In this document: positions 53,282-64,000 of the stretch, in pieces
Layout: each line of letters begins with the position of its first letter
Position numbering within the stretch: the first letter of the stretch is position 1
Assembly: GCA_965234725.1 (NCBI GenBank)
Contig: CBDDUX010000008.1
Coordinates: 1-64,000 of the forward strand
Source: Thermoplasmatota archaeon
Lineage (GTDB): Archaea; Thermoplasmatota; Penumbrarchaeia; Penumbrarchaeales; Penumbrarchaeaceae
Reading direction: 5' to 3'
Length of the DNA: 64,000 bases
Position numbers and translations under genes: made by a program
The notes under the pieces: generated by a model
Told to the model about the DNA's origin: nothing
Database searches by the model: none
What the model saw: only the letters and a program-made list of their open reading frames with translations

Positions 53282-55300
53282 ATGTCGGAACGAAAGATAT
53301 TCATAGGGGCTGCTTGGCCTTATGCAAATGGCCCCCTGCATCTCGGTCACATCGCCGGCTGTTTACTACCAGCGGATATTTTCGCCAGGTATTGTAGATT
53401 GATGGGTTACGATACCCTATTCGTTTCCGGTTCCGACATGCATGGTACTCCGATCACTGTTACTGCTGACAAGGAGGGAAATACTCCTGAGGAGGTGGCC
53501 GAGAGGAACCATTCATCGATACTTGAGACCATTTCTTCCTTGAGGATATCATATGATCTTTATACCAAGACCCACACCGAGCACCATTTTAAGGTTGTAC
53601 AGGAAATTTTTCTCACCCTGATGGAAAATGGTTTCATCGAAACTAGGACCGAAGAAGCTCCTTATTGTATGTCCTGTTCAAAGTTCATGCCGGACAGGTA
53701 CATCGAAGGGACCTGTCCTCACTGCAATTATATCGGAGCAAGGGGAGATCAATGCGATAACTGCGGCAAAGTCCTGGATGCATCCGAACTATTGGACCCA
53801 AAGTGCAAGATTTGTGGCGGACCTCCAGATTTTAGGCCTACAGAACATTTCTACCTGCTCCTTACCCGTCTGGAAGAACGGATTAAGGATTTCGTTGAAC
53901 AGAGAAAGGGACCATGGAGGCCCAATACACGGAACAATACCGAGAACTTCCTCAGAGAGGGACTCAGGGACAGGGCGATCACCAGGGACCTTACCTGGGG
54001 TGTTCCGATCCCTTTGAAAGGTTTTGATGATAAGAGGATCTATGTCTGGTTCGAGGCTGTATGCGGCTACCTTTCTGCATCCAAGCTCTACTCGATCGAG
54101 AAGGGAAATCCGGAACTATGGGAATCCTACTGGAAAGATCCTGATTGCAGACATTATTACTTCCTTGCAAAGGATAACATACCCTTTCACACAATCATCT
54201 GGCCAGCAATCCTTTCCGCATATGGCGGATTGGACCTACCGTATGATGTCCCTTCAAATGAGTATCTGAAATGGGATGGAGAACAGTTCTCAAAATCCAG
54301 AGGACACGGGGCTACCGTCAACGGTTTCTTGAAGGATTATCCTGTGGACCCTCTCAGGTTCTATCTTTCTATGAACATGCCGGAAAAAGGTGATGCAAAC
54401 TTCGATCTATTTGAGTTCATCCAGAAGAACAACACAGAACTATTGGGGGCTCTTGGTAATTATCTTCACCGGGTAGTCTCCTTCATGGCAAAGAATTACG
54501 GAAAGGTCACTCATAGAGGCGATCTATCGGATGATGATAAGAAGGTGTTGGAGAGTGCCTTTGCCCACTATAAGAAGGCCTTGTCATGTATGGAGGATGT
54601 CCGTTTAAAGGAAGGCATCCACGTCATGATGGAATTGGTCAATGAGGCAAACAGATATTTCAACGACCAGGCACCCTGGAAGCTTGTCAAACAGGATAGT
54701 GAAAGATGTGAAACGGTACTTAACGTGGCACTTCATCTTGGAAAAGTGATAACATATGGATTCTACCCGTACATACCCCATGCTGTTGAAAGGTGGTACG
54801 GGATGATCAAAGTCTCAGGGCCGGAAAATGGCTCGTTCAAAGATGCTTTTGAAAACTTCTCGGAGGATCTATCTCTTGAGATGCCTGAACCCCTATTCAC
54901 CAAGCTGGAACCACCAATAATGGACGAAGAAGCAGCGGAGGAACCTTTAATGGAAGAAAAGTCTGAAAAAGGAGATAAAGTAACATTCGATGAATTCATG
55001 AAATTGGACCTGAGGGTGGCAACGGTCCTCAGTGTGGAGGACCATCCAAAGGCCGATAAACTGTATGTTTTAAAGGTTGATGTCGGAGAAGAGGAGCCCA
55101 GGCAGATAGTTGCTGGAATGAAGAAGCACTATTCCATTCAGGAAATGGTAGGTAAGAAGATCATCATGGTCTCTAACCTGGAACCAGCTAAATTAAGGGG
55201 AGTGGTATCCAATGGTATGCTCCTTGCAGCGGAGAGTGGGAAAATAGTCTCCCTTCTTACAATAGATAAGGATGTTGGTCCAGGATCAAAGATACATTGA
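53282..55300 (+). CDS. metG: Methionine--tRNA ligase with a C-terminal tRNA-binding domain
   Basis: AWPYANGPLHLGH, SGSDMHGT, YVWFEA, KDNIPFH, FSKS, C-terminal SNGMLLAA. Confidence 0.97.
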   Translation: MSERKIFIGAAWPYANGPLHLGHIAGCLLPADIFARYCRLMGYDTLFVSGSDMHGTPITVTADKEGNTPEEVAERNHSSILETISSLRISYDLYTKTHTEHHFKVVQEIFLTLMENGFIETRTEEAPYCMSCSKFMPDRYIEGTCPHCNYIGARGDQCDNCGKVLDASELLDPKCKICGGPPDFRPTEHFYLLLTRLEERIKDFVEQRKGPWRPNTRNNTENFLREGLRDRAITRDLTWGVPIPLKGFDDKRIYVWFEAVCGYLSASKLYSIEKGNPELWESYWKDPDCRHYYFLAKDNIPFHTIIWPAILSAYGGLDLPYDVPSNEYLKWDGEQFSKSRGHGATVNGFLKDYPVDPLRFYLSMNMPEKGDANFDLFEFIQKNNTELLGALGNYLHRVVSFMAKNYGKVTHRGDLSDDDKKVLESAFAHYKKALSCMEDVRLKEGIHVMMELVNEANRYFNDQAPWKLVKQDSERCETVLNVALHLGKVITYGFYPYIPHAVERWYGMIKVSGPENGSFKDAFENFSEDLSLEMPEPLFTKLEPPIMDEEAAEEPLMEEKSEKGDKVTFDEFMKLDLRVATVLSVEDHPKADKLYVLKVDVGEEEPRQIVAGMKKHYSIQEMVGKKIIMVSNLEPAKLRGVVSNGMLLAAESGKIVSLLTIDKDVGPGSKIH

Positions 55301-55303
55301 GCT

Positions 55304-56683
55304 TCAAGCGAACATCGTGTATCCCTCTTTTCGGAGGGGTGATGATCTGAACTGCAGGATGGTATCATCACTGGTGGTTTCCCTGATCTTCTTGATGGAC
55401 ATTTTGAAGTTCTCCATGGATATCTTCCTGACCTCAGCCCGGATAGCATACATCCCGGCTTCCGTGCAGATAGCCTTGATCTGAGCACCATTGAATCCTT
55501 CTGTCAATGCTGCAAGTTCCTCCGGAGTAACAGTCTCATCAAGGGACATTCTCTTTGTGTGGACCTTGAAGATCTCTATCCTGGATTTAATATCAGGGAG
55601 CGGGATCTCGATTATCCGGTCCAACCTCCCTGGTCTTAGAATGGCACTATCCAGGATATCCGGCCTATTGGTTGCGGCAATTATTCTGACATCCCCTAGT
55701 GGATCGAACCCATCTAGTTCCGCAAGGAGCTGTATTAGAGTCCTATGGACTTCCCTGTCTGCGGATGTTGATGAATCAGTCCGCTTTCCAGCTATGGAAT
55801 CCAGCTCATCCAGGAAAAGGATCGTGGGACTCTTTTCCCTTGCCATTTGAAAGAGCTCTCTTACCATCCTGGCCCCTTCACCAATGTATTTCTGGACAAG
55901 TTCAGACCCCACCATCCTTAGGAATGTGGTATTTGTCTCTCTTGCAATGGCCTTTGCAACCATCGTTTTGCCGCATCCCGGAGGACCAATCAGGAGAACA
56001 CCTTTGGGGGGGTCTATCCCCACATCCTTGAAGAGGTCTGGTCTGATCAGAGGAAGTTCGACGACCTCCTTCAGCTCCATTATCTGTTCCTCAAGTCCTC
56101 CTATATCCTTGAACTCCACATCCGGACGTTCGAACATCTCAGCGGAACCCACAAGAGGATCCTTGGAAGAGGGTAGAATACCGGTCACTGTCATGGTGTC
56201 CTTGTTCAGAGCCACCTTGTCCCCTATCTCCAGGGAACCTTTTTCAATAGATGATAGTACTTTTACAACAAAAGAAGGTCCTCCGGAAGTTGAGACCACC
56301 ACCTGATCATCCTTCAGATGGTCCACTATGGATCCAACGATCAAGGGGGGAGATTTCAACCTGTTTAGTTCTCCATTCAGGACCATGACCTTGTTCTGAA
56401 GCCTCATTACTTCATTCTCGAGGTACCTTTTCTCCTCATGGGACCTGACAGCTTCCCTTCTCCATGGATTGTCCTCAGAATCCCAATTCGCCTTATCTAC
56501 CTCATCCCGTATCCAATCTCTTGCAGTTCTATCACTGCCGGATGACCACCTAAGGTCCGCATCTTCATTAAAGATTTCATTATCGGTATCTTCTAAGATC
56601 TTTTCCTCATCCTGATCTGTATCGACCTTTTCGGAGAGATCATCATATGTATATTCCTTTTTTTTCTTCATGTCCATTCTCAA
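55304..56683 (-). CDS. pan: Proteasome-activating nucleotidase
   Basis: DIGGLEEQ, GPPGCGKT, GSELVQKYIGEG, FLDELD, ATNRPDILD, RPGRLDR, C-terminal MFA. Confidence 0.95.
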   Translation of the reverse strand: MRMDMKKKKEYTYDDLSEKVDTDQDEEKILEDTDNEIFNEDADLRWSSGSDRTARDWIRDEVDKANWDSEDNPWRREAVRSHEEKRYLENEVMRLQNKVMVLNGELNRLKSPPLIVGSIVDHLKDDQVVVSTSGGPSFVVKVLSSIEKGSLEIGDKVALNKDTMTVTGILPSSKDPLVGSAEMFERPDVEFKDIGGLEEQIMELKEVVELPLIRPDLFKDVGIDPPKGVLLIGPPGCGKTMVAKAIARETNTTFLRMVGSELVQKYIGEGARMVRELFQMAREKSPTILFLDELDSIAGKRTDSSTSADREVHRTLIQLLAELDGFDPLGDVRIIAATNRPDILDSAILRPGRLDRIIEIPLPDIKSRIEIFKVHTKRMSLDETVTPEELAALTEGFNGAQIKAICTEAGMYAIRAEVRKISMENFKMSIKKIRETTSDDTILQFRSSPLRKEGYTMFA

Positions 56684-56896
56684 CTTAATAAAGTTCTATC
56701 AAAGTAATAACCTTTCTCCCTCCATATAACCGGGTATCTCCATATTAATGTACAAATATAATGTGCATTTCCGTTGAAACATGTTGTGTCAAGTGCATTT
56801 GGAAAAATCACCACTTTTACTGTTATCAACTCATGGGAACCGTTGAACCTTACGAAGTTTTAATTAACCTTCAATGAATCTCCTTTTGGTGATTTT

Positions 56897-57532
56897 CTGT
56901 ACGAGGCGGTCCTTTCTGTAAATCTGGAGAACAGCTGGGTTGGAAAGGCAACAGGTCAGCTTCCTATATCGGTGAACATTCTTGATACCATTCCTTTTGG
57001 GGAGGAGGGTGTTCAGGACCTGGCAGAGATAAAGTTGAATGGTACGGAACCATCTTTGCTGGAAAAGATCATCGGTCAATTCGATGGTGTGGATTTCGTC
57101 AAAGCCAGCCAGGTAGAACAGGATAAGGTCATCATCATTGTAGGTACCAGAGGATGCGGGGGATGCAGGTCCATCCTTGAATCCGGTTGTTTCCTCATAT
57201 CAGCCAGATCTGATCCACAGGGGTGGGTGGAATGGAAGTTGATAATGAATGAGAAGGTCCAGCTTCAGAAGCTCGTTACCAACCTAACGGATAAAGGGAT
57301 CGAATCTTCCCTTATTATGATCCATCCTATCGATGACAAGGATTCTCTCACCCCCAGACAGGAGAATATAATCAAAACGGCCCTTGAGAGGGGATACTAT
57401 GATTTCCCCAAGAGGATAGGTATCAGGGAACTTGCGAGGATCTTTTCCATTTCCACTGCCTCTGTTTCTGAGACGCTCCGGAGGGGTCAGAAGAAGATCA
57501 TCGAGCATTACTTCAAGGACAAAGGGGAATAA
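56897..57532 (+). CDS. HTH-10 (bacterio-opsin-activator-type HTH) transcriptional regulator, probable CTG start
   Basis: LTPRQENII..ALERGYYDFPKRIGIRELA..STASVSETLRRG; frame stays open back to CTG 56897, preceded by GGTGA. Confidence 0.88.
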   Translation: MYEAVLSVNLENSWVGKATGQLPISVNILDTIPFGEEGVQDLAEIKLNGTEPSLLEKIIGQFDGVDFVKASQVEQDKVIIIVGTRGCGGCRSILESGCFLISARSDPQGWVEWKLIMNEKVQLQKLVTNLTDKGIESSLIMIHPIDDKDSLTPRQENIIKTALERGYYDFPKRIGIRELARIFSISTASVSETLRRGQKKIIEHYFKDKGE

Positions 57533-57599
57533 TACTCCCCAAATCAGGTGAGAATCTTTTATAGACCCATTCTTTTGACTATTTCAGGAGGTATGCAAA

Positions 57600-58760
57600 C
57601 TGGATAGGATTTACCTCGATGCCGCCACCTCAATGCCAATAAGAGCGGAGGTGCTAGAGGAGATGCTTCCCTTGTTCAGGGAACATTTCGGGAACCCCTC
57701 CTCCATCCATGAGATGGGAAGAGTGCCCCGTGAAGCTATGGATAAAGCAAGGGGAGAGGTCGCTTCCCTCATCTCCTCATCACCTGAGGAGATCGTGTTC
57801 ACCTCCGGATCAACAGAATCCATCAATTTGGCTTTAAGAGGTCCACTCATACATATGAAAGGTCGGAAGAAGATCATTCTCACCGAGGTGGATCACCGGT
57901 CTGTAAGGGCGACTACAGATGCGCTTTCCAAGAGTGGTTATGATGTAGGGATCATAGGGCTCGATGGGCTTGGAACGATAGAATTGGAAACTGCCTCCGA
58001 TCTCATAGATGAGAATACAGCAATTGTTACTCTTCCCTTCGCTTCCAATGAAGTGGGTACCATCCAGCCGGTCAGGGAGATCGCAGGAATGGCCCATGAT
58101 GCAGGAGCACTGGTACATGTTGATCTAACGATGTCGGCTCTCCAGGTCCCCTTTGATATCGATGATTACAAGGTAGATCTGGCTACGATCTCCTCGCCTG
58201 ATCTGATGGGACCAAAGGGGACAGGCGCCCTATTCAAAAGAAAAGGAGTGAGACTCACTCCAATAATCAGGGGAGGGGGTCAGGAAATGGGATTGAGGAG
58301 TGGTAGTGAGAACATACCTGGAATTGCCGGAATGGGAGCCGCTGCCAGGATCGCAGAACAGACCATGGAAGAAACATCATCACGCCTTATACAGCTCAGG
58401 GACCGGTTGATCGATGGACTGACATCGATCGCTGATTCTCATCTAAATGGTGACCCCAAGAATAGGCTCCCCAACAATGCGAACATCAGGTTCGACTATG
58501 TGGAAGGTGAGTCCATGCTACTACTGCTTGATATGAATGGGATATCCATTTCGACCGGGTCAGCATGTGCCCAGAAGACCTTGGAAGCCTCCAAGACCCT
58601 ACTCGCCATGGGTCTTAAACATGAAGAGGCCCATGGGAGCCTGATATTCACTTTAGGTCCTTATAATAAGGAAAAAGATGTGGACCATGTAAAATTGGTA
58701 ATGCCAGATATTGTAAAGGAGCTCAGGTCAATGTCCCCGATATATCCCGGGAGAGGATGA
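57600..58760 (+). CDS. iscS: IscS/NifS-family protein with the PLP-binding Lys replaced by Asp, probable CTG start
   Basis: RIYLDAATSMP, FGNPSS, FTSGSTES, SSPDLMGPKG, RSGSEN, STGSAC; AGGAGGT 7 nt before CTG 57600. Confidence 0.9.
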   Translation: MDRIYLDAATSMPIRAEVLEEMLPLFREHFGNPSSIHEMGRVPREAMDKARGEVASLISSSPEEIVFTSGSTESINLALRGPLIHMKGRKKIILTEVDHRSVRATTDALSKSGYDVGIIGLDGLGTIELETASDLIDENTAIVTLPFASNEVGTIQPVREIAGMAHDAGALVHVDLTMSALQVPFDIDDYKVDLATISSPDLMGPKGTGALFKRKGVRLTPIIRGGGQEMGLRSGSENIPGIAGMGAAARIAEQTMEETSSRLIQLRDRLIDGLTSIADSHLNGDPKNRLPNNANIRFDYVEGESMLLLLDMNGISISTGSACAQKTLEASKTLLAMGLKHEEAHGSLIFTLGPYNKEKDVDHVKLVMPDIVKELRSMSPIYPGRG

Positions 58761-59221
58761 ATATGGGAAGGTTGGAGTATTCAAAGAAGGTTCTGGAACA
58801 TTTCAAGAACCCCAGGAACGTTGGTGAGATGGAAGATGCGGATGCAGTTGCCACTGTTGGCAATCCCGTTTGCGGTGATATGATGGAGCTATCCATCAAG
58901 GTAGATGAAGAAAAAATAACAGATATCAAGTTCAGGACCTTTGGTTGTGCATCTGCGATCGCCACAACATCAATGTTGACCGAGATGGTCAAGGGAAAAA
59001 CCTTGAAGGAAGCTGAGGAGCTCACATGGGATGATGTGGTTGAAGGTCTCGAGGGACTCCCTTCAGTAAAAGTTCACTGTTCATTACTTGCCGTGGACGG
59101 TCTTAAAAAAGCCCTTTATGAATATTATAAAGCCCATGGAATAGAAAGGCCCGACCTCAAACCTCATGAGGATGATCATGAAGAAGAGGTTGAGGAGAAA
59201 GAATGCGGCCCTGTTGTCTGA
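58757..59221 (+). CDS. iscU: Fe-S cluster scaffold IscU/NifU
   Basis: YSKKVLEHFKNPRNVG, GNPVCGD, TFGCASAIA, KVHCS. Confidence 0.95.
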   Translation: MNMGRLEYSKKVLEHFKNPRNVGEMEDADAVATVGNPVCGDMMELSIKVDEEKITDIKFRTFGCASAIATTSMLTEMVKGKTLKEAEELTWDDVVEGLEGLPSVKVHCSLLAVDGLKKALYEYYKAHGIERPDLKPHEDDHEEEVEEKECGPVV

Positions 59222-59259
59222 TGGGATCATGAAAAGTTATATCTCCTTAAAATATACGG

Positions 59260-62200
59260 TTGTTCGAAATGCCAGGATCGGTCGGTTTTTCTGCCAGGAT
59301 GTATCTGACATTCATTATCTCCTTGACAATGCTATTTTCAATTTTACCCTCCTTTTCAATGATCTCCGCTGAGGATGATGTTGACGTCACACTTGGATTC
59401 GAGGATATTTTAGGAGTGGACATGGAGATCTTGGTTCATCGAAACCCTGATCATGAGCTGGATGATAATTACCTCAATATCGGGGCCCTGAGAGTGAATA
59501 TGGAGGGGCCTTTAAGCTCAAGCGGCCTACCGGAACAGGGTTTTCGAAAGGGTCAGTATATCCTCAGATATAGTGAACCTCTTGAGGATATTCAAGATAT
59601 CATTCCCAGAAATGCTGAGATCATAGAATTTATCTCATCGAACACACTGCTTATTGATCTTGGAGACAGGAATGAGGTCCAGGACCATTCCCATGGTGGT
59701 TTGATCATATTTCCATTCCACTCATCAATGGTAATTGAAGGTGAACTCCTATTGGACCTTCTGGACATTGAGAATGATCCAAAGACCTTCCAGGTCGTGG
59801 TTGGATCCTATCAACCTTGGACAAAGGAAAGAATAGATACCCTTTCAATGAACTGGGAAAAGGACCCTATTCCATTGGATCCATGGAATCTCTTGGTCAG
59901 TTCCGGCAGGGATGGTATTGCAAGAACATCTCTTTCCCCTCTTGTTTCCCATATCTCTTCAATGACGATAGAAGGGTTGGACAATGATGTTGCAGCCGAT
60001 ATAATCGATGTTCTGGAAGGATGGTCCATCGCTGGTCTGGACGGATCGGACCAGATAATAGGAGTGGCCGATACAGGACTGGATACCGGCAAGAATTCCA
60101 CAATGCATCCAGATCTGAAAGGAAGGATAGGATCCGTTTACACGTACGGTAGACCTGGGAATTGGTCAGATCCTGACATTCATGTTTGGGATAGTTCCAC
60201 ATGATCATGGAGTTACAAGGGAGGTCACGGCACACATGTTATCGGTTCGGTCCTGGGGAACGGTTCGGCATCCAACGGAAGCTATTCCGGAATGGCACCG
60301 AACGCAACCCTTGTGATGCAATCCACAATGGCATCATCCGGATCACTTTCCATACCTGCATACACCACGTTGTTCGGTGATGCTTACAATAGCGGTGCAA
60401 GGATACATACGAATTCATGGTCATCCAGGTCAAGTTATGCAAATTATTCATGGAGGTCCTGGCAGATCGACAATTTCATCTGGAATCACAAGGATCTTCT
60501 GGTGCTTTTCTCCGCCGGGAATAACGGAGCAAATGGGATGTATTCCCTTTCCACACAGGCATCATCCAAGAACGTTGTGGCAGTGGGTGCATCAGAAAAC
60601 TACAGGCCCTCGATATCTTCATCGGCCAATGATATCTCGCAGATGGCTGGCTTCTCATCCCAGGGTTTTACATGGGGTGATGAGAGGATAAAACCGGATG
60701 TTGTAGCACCAGGTACGTATATCCTCTCAACCAGGGCATCCACTATCTCCGATTTCTGGAACCATTATTGGGGTTCAAACTCCACTTACACTGGAATCAA
60801 CAATAATTACGCTTTCATGGGGGGAACATCCATGTCCACACCCTTGGTAGCGGGAATGTCTGCCCTTATAAGGCAGTATTTCCAGGAGATCGGTAACCTG
60901 GAGACCCCATCGGCCGCACTCCTCAAGGCGGCCATCATCAATGGGGCCAGACCTCTGGATGGGGATTGGTCCTCCATCCCGAATAGATGGGAGGGTTGGG
61001 GGAGGGTCAATCTTTCCAACTCTCTGGCCATAGAAGGAAGTAATGCAGGGGATCTGTTCTTTGAGGATAATTCCACCGGACTCACTACTGGTGGTTCACA
61101 TTCAAGTAATTATTACCTGTCCGGAAATGGTTCCGACATGATCATTACCCTTACTTGGACGGACCCTCCTGGTTCCAATACGAGCACAGATAAGCTAATC
61201 AACGATCTGGACCTGGTCGTGACGGCACCTAATGGAACCGTATATTACGGAAATGATCTGGTCCATCCCTTCAATACTTCATATGATCGGAAGAATACAG
61301 TCGAGAGGGTCAGGATACCCTCAGCCGGTCCTGGCCCTTACAATGTCACCATCAAAGGTTACTCGGTTCTTCAGGGTCCACAGCCCTATGCCTTCGTTGC
61401 AACCGGAGACCTATTGAGTGATACAGGTACACTTGGTTTCGAATCAGATATCGTACCTGCCGATGGATCGGGTACCAGGATATGGCTCACAGATACCAAT
61501 CTGACAGGAGAGGAGAGGGTAACGGTCATGGTGAATTCCACGACGGACCCCACATCAGAGGAAATTGAGCTGGTTGAATTGGTTGAGAAGGGTGGTGGAG
61601 GAACAGGGGTTTTTACAGGTTTGGTCAATATTACCTTGGGGGCACCGGGAATTGGTGAAGTGCAGGTGTCCGGGGATGAGGCAGTTACCGTAAGATATCA
61701 GGAGGACTACCCTTCAAGGACACTTGAAGCCTCAACTATGGCTCTTTTAGTTCCCTTAATTAACAATGTAACTTTTGATCCGACAGGATCGACCATGACC
61801 TACATGGACCCTCTGATCGTAACCATCAATGCGACTGTTTTCAGGGATGTTACTTTTTCAGTGAGGGGTTTACCCTCCATTACGAATATCAAAGCCAGAG
61901 ATGATGGTATTCTTCCGGATAAGGTTCCTTGGGATGGCCTATACAACGGTATGATATCCATCCCTGACAACATCAAAGGTAATTTCACCATCAGAGGACG
62001 AGTGACGAGGGAAGGGATCGGATCTGTAGAGTTTGATTCATCAAATATGGTCAGAATAGATACGAATATTCCAAGGAGACCGAATAATATCACTGTTGAG
62101 GCGGTTCCTTCTGGCAATTCCCTTCAAATTGGATGGGATTCACCTGATGGTCCAGAAATCATTTCACACACCCTCTATCGTGCAAATGAAACAAGCCCGG

Positions 62201-64000
62201 GGAGCGGTGTCCCTGGTTTTTTCGAAAAGATCGGGACGACTCCGGACAATCGTACCGATTTCAGGGACATTGGTCTGATCGATGGGAACACCTATTTCTA
62301 TAGGGTTTCTGCATTGAATGGATTGGGTCTGGTCTCTACCTTATCCGAATATACACCTGGAGCACCTCATGATCTCCAGGCACCGTGGGTCATCTGGAAT
62401 GGTCCTAATAATGGAACGGTACTGAAAGGGATCGCAGACCTTGACATATCCATAGAGGATGATGCTGAACAGATCATCTTGCAGGGTTCCCTAGATTCAG
62501 ACGGTAATGGTGTACCTGGAAGTATCTGGAGTGATCTGGGAGTTCTTTCAAATAAGGGTCCGGTCTTCAAATGGGACACTACAGGACTCCCGTCCCAGAT
62601 ATGGGAGGAAAATGATCTTTTCCTAAGGATCAGGGTCGTTGATGAGGCAGGCAACATAAATGTAACCCCCCCCCAGGTCCATGTCATAGTGGATAACACT
62701 CCACCAGGTTCATTGGATGTGTTCTCCGATATCGAGATCATTCTCAATGATCCATTTTATCACCTTAACGGAAAGACCGAACCCGGATCCACACTGAGGG
62801 TCATAAAGGACGGAAAGATCCACCTTTCATCTGTGGTTAATGGGGAAGGAATATTCGAAGAGGACACTCCTCTAGACCCGGGTGTGAATATCTTCACTCT
62901 GGAGGTCTATGATGAGATGGGAAACGGTCCTCTGGAATACTCAGATCCCTTCTATATTGTCAGAGATGAGATACCACCGGTCCCTGATATCAAATGGACC
63001 GACAATCTAACGTCCAAGAGAACAAAACTTACTGCAGAGGATTCTCTCGACCCCGGTCCTATCAGTGATCTGACGGGGATCTCACAATATCATTGGTCTA
63101 TAGAGTTCGATGACCTTCTACAGGAATTCGATGGAATGGATATATCCTTCGAACCGGCAGTACCAGGGATCTACCATGTGGTCCTTCAGATATTCGACAA
63201 TGCTGGAAATCCGACAGTAAAGGGGATCGATCTACGGATATCTGATGGTATCACACCTCGCCTTGAACCGATCGAGGATATTATCATAGATGAGGATAAA
63301 GACCTGAGGGTCAACCCGATAATATCGGACGATGACCCTGATATATTGACCAATGGTGTGTTCATCTGGTCGATCTCTGGACCTGAAATACACACCAAGA
63401 TGGGATCGGTCCTTGATATCATTCTCGGGACCCCGGGTGACTATTTCGTGAAATTAGAGGTCATTGACAGTGGAGAAAACGTTCAATCCGTGTCATTCAG
63501 CGTTCATGTCAACGATACGACTCCACCCACTGTTAGAGCCGGTGGAGATAGGATAGTTGTAAGGGGAGAGATCGTTGTTCTATCCGGGAATGACACAATT
63601 GATAATGATCTCTTATTCCCCGGGGGATCGAGTTTCGTATGGGAGGTAGAAGAACTCGGGATACGGTTCGAAGGGAGCTACGGAACGATCAAAGTGGATG
63701 AATTAGGGGAATATACGGTAAGGCTTTCTGTTGGGGATATGGGTGGAAACATAGGATTTGATGAGTTCAGCCTGAGGGTCACCACTGACGGTGTTGGGCC
63801 TGTGGTCATCAGATCCGGTCCTCCTGATGGTTCCAGGGGCATTTCTCCTGATCAGGAAATATTGATAGAGTTCTCGGAACCAATGAGAACTGATCTAGCA
63901 ATGACAGCTGTAGTTCTCAAGGAGAAAGACACTTCCTCATCTCTTCGTCGTTTCATTTCCTGGTCCTCTGATGCAACCATCCTTTATGTGGACCCTCAGG
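59260..64000 (+). pseudogene. Large secreted S8 (KP-43-like subtilisin) protease with Fn3/PKD/Ig domains; one in-frame TGA at 60202-60204; runs off the window end
   Basis: Signal peptide; Asp motif VADTGLD before the TGA; HGTHV, IHTNSW, FSAGN, KPDVVAPG and GGTSMSTP follow in the same frame, which is still in phase at the window end. Confidence 0.8.

Noticed and set aside
59260-60204. Treating 59260-60204 as a complete stand-alone 314-aa protein
   Set aside because: It holds only the propeptide and catalytic Asp of the S8 domain; His and Ser follow in the same frame after the TGA.

Overview
Archaeal chromosomal DNA, most consistent with Thermoplasmatota (inference). Archaeal markers include PAN, RPA, archaeal Elp3 and D-aminoacyl-tRNA deacylase, an archaeosortase, and a C1-G72 tRNA-Tyr with a BHB-type intron. 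The first ~3.25 kb is an AT-rich island of small unrelated genes. Its spacers carry a co-oriented, roughly 17-bp TCC-N10-GGAA motif, giving a cassette-array-like layout. The rest is core genome: Lrp/glnA, a histidine kinase, a divergent pair of flavin/Fe-S operons (StnABC-like trimer; NfnAB with a duplicated uncharacterised 8-Cys domain), the archaeosortase with large surface proteins, uvrC/uvrA/rocD/uvrB/purN/purH, a STAND-TPR protein with a DUF835-like insert, tRNA-Tyr with a downstream copy of its 3' end, glmU, dtdA, elp3, glyA, a TPR protein with a ParB-like N-terminal peptide, RPA genes, metG and pan. Near the end are an HTH-10 regulator and iscS (both with probable CTG starts; IscS has Asp at the PLP Lys), iscU, and a large S8 protease broken by one in-frame TGA. 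All calls are by eye from motifs; no database searches were run.
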